In this document: positions 58,203-64,000 of the stretch, piece after piece | Position numbering within the stretch: the first letter of the stretch is position 1 | How the letters are laid out: each line of letters begins with the position of its first letter | NCBI GenBank assembly: GCA_964515875.1 | Contig: CAZEWJ010000001.1 | Location: 88,740-152,739 of the forward strand | DNA length: 64,000 nucleotides | Source: an uncultured Ignavibacteriaceae bacterium | GTDB taxonomy: Bacteria > Bacteroidota > Ignavibacteria > Ignavibacteriales > Ignavibacteriaceae | Reading direction: 5' to 3' | Position numbers and translations under genes: made by a program | The notes under the pieces: generated by a model | What the model saw: the letters and a program-made list of their open reading frames with translations, nothing else | Told to the model about the DNA's origin: nothing | The model's database searches: none

Positions 58203-59447
58203 CTAATTCTCCACTTCTTCCAACTGTAAAACAGGCAATTCAATCTTTGTAAAATCAATAACTTTTAGTTTTGATTTACCATTGCCATTCTTCCCGTTCG
58301 TACCATTCTCTTTAACAGCGGCAATTTTCTTTTCGGTCTCTGGTTTGGGAGGATTAAGCTTATCCTTATAGTTTTTATAAGCATAATGCTTATGTTTATA
58401 ATTCCTCAGAACAATCCTGTCTTCATCATAATGAAGAACATAATTAGGAAGTAGTGGAATCTTTCCGCCGCCGCCTGGTGCATCAATAACAAAATGAGGA
58501 ATTGCAAGACCGCTCGTATGTCCGCGTAGGTTTTCAATTATGTTTAATCCCGTTTCAATTGAAGTGCGGAAATGGTTTGCACCTTTGGTTTCATCTGCCA
58601 TATACATGTAATAAGGACGAACTCTCATCCTCAATAATTTCTGCATCAGTTCTTTTACAACTGCAGGATCATCATTCACTCCCTTCATCAGAACCATTTG
58701 GTTACCAACAGGGCATCCTGCATTTGCAAGCATCTCACAGGCCTTGGTGCTTTCAGGAGTTATTTCCCATGGATGATTGAAGTGTGTGTTCACATAAATA
58801 GGGTGATATTTCTTAATCATCTCACAAAGGTTTTCTGTAACCCTTTGGGGAAGTACGCAAGGCATTTTTGTCCCGAGCCTAATTATTTCAATGTGAGGAA
58901 TTTCTCTTAATCTTTTCAGAATCTTTTCAAGCATTACATCTGTAAGCATAAGAGGGTCACCGCCTGAAAGAATAACGTCTCTTATCTCTGAGTGCTGCTC
59001 TAAATATTCAAAAGCACTTTCGAGACCTTTCATAGAGATCTTTTCATAATTGCCGACTTTTCTTTTCCTTGTACAGAAGCGGCAGTAAAGTCCGCACTGG
59101 CTTGTAACAAGAAATAGAGCTCTGTCAGGATAACGGTGAGTAATATTTGGAACGGGACTCATTGCATCTTCCATTAAAGGATCTTCTTCTGCATCAAAGT
59201 CTTCCAGTTCAGCCTTATCGGGTACACATTGCAGCCAAATCGGATCACCCGGGTAGCGAATCAAGCTAAAGTAATAAGGGTTGATCCTTGCCTGGAAAAA
59301 TTCATCCAGATCCTCTGCAATCTTCCGGTCTATATTGAATTTTTCCACAAGCTGATCGACAGTATGTATACTGTCTCTTATCATCTGCTGCCACAGTTCC
59401 ATGACTAACCTTTTGTTTGTTTTACTTAAAATATTTCCCAAAAACAA
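58203..59447 (-). CDS. KamA-family radical-SAM aminomutase (lysine 2,3-aminomutase-like)
   Basis: CGLYCRFCTRK cluster motif, SGGDPL and DAPGGGGK. 414 aa with a Gly/Asn/Lys-rich C-tail. Confidence 0.85.
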   Translation of the reverse strand: MFLGNILSKTNKRLVMELWQQMIRDSIHTVDQLVEKFNIDRKIAEDLDEFFQARINPYYFSLIRYPGDPIWLQCVPDKAELEDFDAEEDPLMEDAMSPVPNITHRYPDRALFLVTSQCGLYCRFCTRKRKVGNYEKISMKGLESAFEYLEQHSEIRDVILSGGDPLMLTDVMLEKILKRLREIPHIEIIRLGTKMPCVLPQRVTENLCEMIKKYHPIYVNTHFNHPWEITPESTKACEMLANAGCPVGNQMVLMKGVNDDPAVVKELMQKLLRMRVRPYYMYMADETKGANHFRTSIETGLNIIENLRGHTSGLAIPHFVIDAPGGGGKIPLLPNYVLHYDEDRIVLRNYKHKHYAYKNYKDKLNPPKPETEKKIAAVKENGTNGKNGNGKSKLKVIDFTKIELPVLQLEEVEN

Positions 59448-59892
59448 TCAGGTTGTCGTCAGCCGAGTAAAAGTCATTTATCCCGGCAACGATTGAGAAG
59501 CTATTTCTCAAATAAAAATTTCTTGTTCTGCTGTAGCTTTCTTTAGATGAAGTTTCTGCAAGAAGCCACCTTGCACCTTTTTCTTTAACAAAATTTTCAG
59601 CATGTTTAACCAATTCTGTGCCAATTCCCTTAATTTCTGATTCCGGGTCAGCTATTATCCAGTATAAATCAAACACAGCGTCAGTAAGTGGTCGCTTACC
59701 TGTGCAATGATAACCGAGAACTTTTCCATTCTCCTCAAACACAAATGTGTTATAATCTGTTTGCGTTTGATTATTCACAGAAATATTTACGAGTTCCATT
59801 GCAACACCAATTTCTTTTTCAGTAAACTGAGGAATTTTTTTTAAAATCCTTTCAATCTTTTCTGCATCAGCTTGCTTTACTCTTCGAATCAT
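59422..59892 (-). CDS. GNAT-family N-acetyltransferase
   Basis: IKGIGTELVKHAENFVKEKGA (acetyl-CoA-binding motif A-like). 156 aa. Confidence 0.75.
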   Translation of the reverse strand: MIRRVKQADAEKIERILKKIPQFTEKEIGVAMELVNISVNNQTQTDYNTFVFEENGKVLGYHCTGKRPLTDAVFDLYWIIADPESEIKGIGTELVKHAENFVKEKGARWLLAETSSKESYSRTRNFYLRNSFSIVAGINDFYSADDNLIVFGKYFK

Positions 59893-60949
59893 TCTTCTTT
59901 CTGTTTATTGCAAAGTTTGCTATTGTAAAAAGCAATTCCGGGTAATTAATTCCTTTCGCAGCAGCGGCTCTTGCAAATCCGGAATCTTCCGAGATATCAG
60001 GGTTTGGATTTACTTCAATCACATAAGGCTTACCGGATCTATCAACTCTGATATCAACCCTTACATAATCCCTGCAGCTTAATACATTAAAAGCTTCAAG
60101 AGCAAGTGCCGTAACTTTCTTTTTTAATTTCTTATCAAGTTCAGCGGGGCACTTTGGTTTTGTATTTGCATAATAAGTGCTCCCGGCTATCCACTTACCA
60201 TCATAAGTAACAATCTTTGGAAAATTTTCCGGTAAACCGGTAAAATCTATTTCAGATATAGGTAGAACTGTATTTCCAAGAATAGCAACATTAAGCTCTC
60301 TTCCATCTATATATTCTTCTGCGATAATATCCTGCTTATAAGTTTCAGCAAGGAATTCAAATTGCTTTTTTAATTCATCCTGATTATTAACTACTGAGAA
60401 TTCAGATATTCCAATGCTTGCATCTTCATTAAGCAGCTTTAAAATTACAGGAAATTTCAGACCAAATTTATTAAACCTGATTCCCGGGTTTTTACTAAAT
60501 GTTAAAGACTTTGGTGTTCTGATTTTAAACGAACGGAGAATATTCTTTGTTCTTTCTTTGTTAAGACAATTACCAAGACAGAACGGAGAGTTACCTGTGT
60601 ATTCAAAACCTAAAAGTTCAAAAAGACCTGTTGTGCAATATTCAAATGAAGATATACCTTCAACGGACTCAACAAAATTAAAGATTGCGTCAGGTGAGAA
60701 TTTATTTATCTTATTAACAATCCTTTGAACATCGCTGTTAATGGAAAGAGTTTCTACTGTTGAGAAATATTTATGAAGGTATTTTTTTATTTTACTGATG
60801 TTTTGTAAAAATCCCGTTTCGGAAAGATCGTTTAAGGGGAGATTGCTTCCTGCCTGCCGGCAGGCAAGGTCGGAAGGTTTACCATTGTAAACCTGGAAAA
60901 TACTTGCAGGCGAGTTATAGCAAATCAGAATTTTCTTATCAGTCTTCAT
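59867..60949 (-). CDS. ATP-grasp ligase, D-Ala-D-Ala-ligase-like
   Basis: ATP-grasp pattern (FPVILKLLNEDASIGIS...EEYIDGRELNVAILGN...VRVDIRVDRSGKPYVIEVNPNPD). Confidence 0.75.
   Translation of the reverse strand: MKTDKKILICYNSPASIFQVYNGKPSDLACRQAGSNLPLNDLSETGFLQNISKIKKYLHKYFSTVETLSINSDVQRIVNKINKFSPDAIFNFVESVEGISSFEYCTTGLFELLGFEYTGNSPFCLGNCLNKERTKNILRSFKIRTPKSLTFSKNPGIRFNKFGLKFPVILKLLNEDASIGISEFSVVNNQDELKKQFEFLAETYKQDIIAEEYIDGRELNVAILGNTVLPISEIDFTGLPENFPKIVTYDGKWIAGSTYYANTKPKCPAELDKKLKKKVTALALEAFNVLSCRDYVRVDIRVDRSGKPYVIEVNPNPDISEDSGFARAAAAKGINYPELLFTIANFAINRKKNDSKSKAS
60846..60876. repeat. Perfect 16-nt GC-rich palindrome in frame inside the ATP-grasp gene
   Basis: tgcctgccggcaggca (60851-60866), flanked by cttcc / ggaag. 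Encodes LACRQAG. Confidence 0.6.
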
Positions 60950-62088
60950 ATTAATTTATATCTCTTCGCAGCAGCAAAAAGAACTTTGTTAATCATCGCG
61001 TTGTAATCCAATCCGGCTGCTCTTGCAGCTTTCGGGAAACATGAATTTTCTTCAGGATCAGGAAGAATTCCGGGCAGAGGATTAATTTCGATGATGTTTG
61101 GTTCTCCGTTTTTATCAAGCCGTATATCAATCCGGCTCCAATCTCTGCAGCGAAGGATATTGTATGTTCGTAAAGCTATGGTTTTTATTTTTTTCTCAAG
61201 CCCCTTATCAATTTTTGCCGGGCAGCTAAAAACTTCAAGAGGATTTTCTTTTGTGTCTAATATCCATTTAGCTTCATAAGAATAAATAGGAATAAAGTCT
61301 TCCGGGAAATCATTGTATTTTATTTCCACTATCGGAAGAACTTCAGCTTCATTTCCATTCCCGATTATTGCTACCGTAAATTCTCTTCCTGGTAAAAATT
61401 CTTCAATCAAAGCCGGCTGATTGTATTCTCCAAAGATTCTTTTTACTTCATTCATCAGATCAGTTGAATTTTTTGCGAACGAAGAAGTGAAAATACCTTT
61501 GCTTGAACCTTCAGAAACAGGTTTAACCATTAAAGGATAACTGAAATCAAGAACATTAACCTGTTCAGGATGGTCAACAAGTAAAAATTTTGCATTGGGA
61601 ATTTTATGATAGGATAAAATTTCTTTTGTTCTTGCTTTATCAAGACAGGTTGCAAGTGTTAATGGATCAGAGCCTGTATAAGGAAGCTGAAGCATATCAA
61701 GTATTGCAGGAATTTGAGCTTCACGGCTTAACCCGTTAAAACCTTCTGCAATGTTAAATACGATTTCCGGTTTTATTTCTCTTAACTGTTCAAAAGCATT
61801 TTCGTCTGCTTCAATTAAAGTTACATTGTGCTCTGTTTCTATTGCTGCTTTAACTGCATTGATAGTTTCCCATGTATCCCACTCAGCATAAGTATCCATT
61901 GCTTTTTGAGATTGAACCTGTCCGCCTGTGGCGGACTGACTTGCTTCATTGGATAAATTCGAAATTGGGAATAAGTCTTCGGGGAAAGTTTTTTCACTTT
62001 CAGGTTTGACATTGAATGTTAATATCACATTCAGTTTGATATCAGAAAAGTCTGCTAAAATAAATTTTCCTTTAATATTTTTTTGCAA
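60946..62088 (-). CDS. ATP-grasp ligase, D-Ala-D-Ala-ligase-like (paralogue)
   Basis: YPLMVKPVSEGSSKGI...EEFLPGREFTVAIIGN...SRIDIRLDKNGEPNIIEINPLPG. Confidence 0.75.
   Translation of the reverse strand: MQKNIKGKFILADFSDIKLNVILTFNVKPESEKTFPEDLFPISNLSNEASQSATGGQVQSQKAMDTYAEWDTWETINAVKAAIETEHNVTLIEADENAFEQLREIKPEIVFNIAEGFNGLSREAQIPAILDMLQLPYTGSDPLTLATCLDKARTKEILSYHKIPNAKFLLVDHPEQVNVLDFSYPLMVKPVSEGSSKGIFTSSFAKNSTDLMNEVKRIFGEYNQPALIEEFLPGREFTVAIIGNGNEAEVLPIVEIKYNDFPEDFIPIYSYEAKWILDTKENPLEVFSCPAKIDKGLEKKIKTIALRTYNILRCRDWSRIDIRLDKNGEPNIIEINPLPGILPDPEENSCFPKAARAAGLDYNAMINKVLFAAAKRYKLI
61920..61936. repeat. GC hairpin gtccgcc-tgt-ggcggac in frame inside the ATP-grasp gene
   Basis: 7-bp stem. Encodes SATGGQV on the coding strand. 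Confidence 0.55.
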
Positions 62089-62320
62089 ATATAATTATTA
62101 ATAAATATAAGTCAACAAGTTTTTAAACTGTGCACAAAATTTTTTTTCTCTTCTTCTCATGAAAAAATTTCTAAGAACAATTTTTAAAATATTTTTCACA
62201 ACAAACTTCAGTAAAAATTTTTTCTAAGTCAATATTTTTTTTGCCTGAGCAAAATATTTTAGTGAAGCATGTCTTCAGGAAAATTTCATGAAGTAAAAAA
62301 GGTAAGCTGAAGAAAATATT

Positions 62321-64000
62321 TTATGCGATGTCTGCGTATTTAAGATTTTCGGAGTAGTAGCTGGTGAGATTTTTTTTTATTGATTGGCTTGAAGGGAGTT
62401 TAAGCTCAGGGTCTTCATCAATTAATTTAAAAGCTTCTTCCTTTGCCTGGAGAATTAATTTTGAATCTGTTATGATGTCTGCATGTCTGAATTCAGGGAA
62501 ACCGCTTTGCTTTAATCCAAAAATATCTCCGGGGCCTCTTAACTTTAAATCAATCTCGGCAATTTTAAATCCATCATTATACTTTACCATAGATTGTAAT
62601 CTTATTGCAGCTTTGTATTTTTCAATTTCGGATGAAGACATAAAATCAAGCTCTTTGCTGGCTTTATCGCTTATTTTCACAATATTTTCCTTTGTTACAA
62701 GGATGCAATAAGCCTGCTTGTCTCCTCTTCCAACTCTTCCCCTAAGCTGATGAAGCTGAGAAAGTCCGAATCTATGAGCATCATTAATAAGAATAATATT
62801 TGCACCGGGAATATCTATTCCTACTTCAATAACAGTTGTCGCTATAAGAACATCAAATTCTTTTTTCCTGAACAAGAGCATAGCTTCTTCTTTTTCCTGC
62901 CAGCTCATTCTTCCATGAACAAGACCGACTTTCAGATCTTTCAGGTAAGTTGCTTTTAACATTTCATAATAAGTTAATGCGGCTTTCAACTCCAGCTTTT
63001 CAGAATCTTCAACAAGCGGATAAACAATAAAGCTCTGGTAACCATCTTTTATTTTATCTTTAATGAATTTAAAAATATCGGGAAGTTTTTCTTCATTTCT
63101 CAAAATTGTCTTAACAGGTTTTCTGTTCAAAGGCATTTCATCAATTATGGAAAGATCAAGATCTCCGTAAACAGTCATTGTTAAAGTTCGCGGGATTGGA
63201 GTTGCACTCATCACAATTACATGTGGAGATAAACTTTTCTCATGCAATCTTCCGCGTTGAGCAACTCCGAAGCGATGCTGTTCATCTATAACTATTAACC
63301 CAAGATTACTGAACTTTACTTTTTCTTCAAACAGAGCATGAGTGCCAATTATTATATCAGCTTCTTTAAATTCAATATCAGTCAGATTTTTTTCGCGCAA
63401 AGATTTTTTTTGTCCGCCAATTAGCAGACTAACTTTGATATCTCTTTGAGCATGTTCCTTCCCCGCCTGAAGTCGGGATCGCCCCGATAAATTTTTCATA
63501 TACTCAGAAATATTTTTTGCATGCTGATCAGCGAGAATTTCAGTCGGTGCCATTAAAGCAGTTTGAAAACCATTATCAATTGCGATCAACATTGCGATAA
63601 GCGCAACAATTGTTTTTCCGCTTCCAACATCTCCCTGCAATAATCTGTTCATCGGAAGAGCGGACATCATATCATTTTTAATTTCTGAAAGAACTTTTAA
63701 CTGGGCTTTTGTTAATTCAAAGGGGAGTGTTTTCAGAAAATCTTTAACTAAGCTTGTTTTAATGCTTAAAGAATTTCCGGTAAGCTTTGATTTATAGTTC
63801 TTCTTTCTTAACGCAACTAAAATCTCAAGATAAAAGAGTTCCTCAAATTTAAATCTCTTTTTTGCTTCTGCAAGATTTTCTTTGCTTGAAGGGAAATGAT
63901 AATTTGTGGTAGCTTCTTTTATATCAAGAAGATTGTGATTGTTTATAATTTGTGAAGGAAGGTTTTCCTCAAGGTATTCATAATAATTTTCAACAGCGTT
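62321..64000 (-). CDS. recG: ATP-dependent DNA helicase RecG (N-terminus beyond the window edge)
   Basis: LPFELTKAQ...PMNRLLQGDVGSGKT, DEQHRFG, SATPIPRT and GRVGRG motifs. I checked that the frame stays open from 63671 to 64000. Confidence 0.9.
   Translation of the reverse strand, partial: NAVENYYEYLEENLPSQIINNHNLLDIKEATTNYHFPSSKENLAEAKKRFKFEELFYLEILVALRKKNYKSKLTGNSLSIKTSLVKDFLKTLPFELTKAQLKVLSEIKNDMMSALPMNRLLQGDVGSGKTIVALIAMLIAIDNGFQTALMAPTEILADQHAKNISEYMKNLSGRSRLQAGKEHAQRDIKVSLLIGGQKKSLREKNLTDIEFKEADIIIGTHALFEEKVKFSNLGLIVIDEQHRFGVAQRGRLHEKSLSPHVIVMSATPIPRTLTMTVYGDLDLSIIDEMPLNRKPVKTILRNEEKLPDIFKFIKDKIKDGYQSFIVYPLVEDSEKLELKAALTYYEMLKATYLKDLKVGLVHGRMSWQEKEEAMLLFRKKEFDVLIATTVIEVGIDIPGANIILINDAHRFGLSQLHQLRGRVGRGDKQAYCILVTKENIVKISDKASKELDFMSSSEIEKYKAAIRLQSMVKYNDGFKIAEIDLKLRGPGDIFGLKQSGFPEFRHADIITDSKLILQAKEEAFKLIDEDPELKLPSSQSIKKNLTSYYSENLKYADIA
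63461..63486. repeat. GC-rich element in frame inside recG
   Basis: The coding strand reads cggggcgatcccgacttcaggcgggg and encodes GRSRLQAG. The core matches 8180-8198 in rsmB at 17 of 19 positions. Confidence 0.6.

Noticed and set aside
58440-58480. GC-rich run ccgccgccgcc inside kamA (and gcaggcggcggcg at about 51700 in a GT gene) as further in-frame repeat insertions
   Set aside because: They encode conserved glycine motifs (APGGGGK, VAGGGVQR) that are intrinsic to these families, and they are not hairpins.

Overview
AT-rich, tightly packed chromosomal window with about 60 protein genes and one tRNA. All functional calls rest on motifs read from the supplied translations and the raw DNA. 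No homology search, GC calculation or RNA folding was run.

Taxonomy (inference): gene content suggests an FCB-group bacterium, Ignavibacteriota/Bacteroidota-like. Supporting features are T9SS C-terminal sorting domains ending in KMILLR, a GH97 enzyme, a Bacteroidetes-type CcmE-like gene and many small GC-rich hairpin repeats.

Most of the window is housekeeping: uppP, cyclophilin, holA, an ECF sigma with a putative anti-sigma, rpmE2, rsmB, rodZ-like, ligA, a STAS protein, a 7TM-HD phosphohydrolase, xerD, an MsbA-like ABC exporter, rpsT, queE/queD, M23 peptidase, initiator tRNA-fMet, rlpA, uvrB, nadK and recG (runs off the 3' edge).

Accessory or interesting parts:
1. 26.0-31.2 kb: a translationally coupled five-gene block. 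It holds an AbrB/PIN (VapBC-like) pair, a 743-aa protein with an RNAP alpha-CTD-like helix-hairpin-helix, a sigma-70 region-4 HTH and several winged-helix repeats, a 195-aa wHTH-like protein, and a 586-aa GHKL (Bergerat-fold) ATPase. I cannot match the last three genes to any named defence system, so this is my top candidate for an undescribed conflict system.
2. 31.3-35.7 kb: a four-gene operon (HMG-CoA-reductase-like, PlsC-type acyltransferase, AGPS-like FAD oxidase, SDR) that looks like a eukaryote/myxobacterial-type ether-lipid pathway.
3. 58.2-62.1 kb: an operon of two ATP-grasp ligases, a GNAT and a KamA-type aminomutase.
4. 45.7-54.5 kb: a surface-glycan locus, plus an O-antigen-ligase-like gene with a ~300-aa repeat insert.
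5. An intact antitoxin next to a toxin frameshifted in an A6 run.
6. Several families of short GC-rich hairpin repeats. Four copies sit in frame inside intact genes (rsmB, recG and both ATP-grasp genes).

No CRISPR array, rRNA, transposase or phage integrase was seen.
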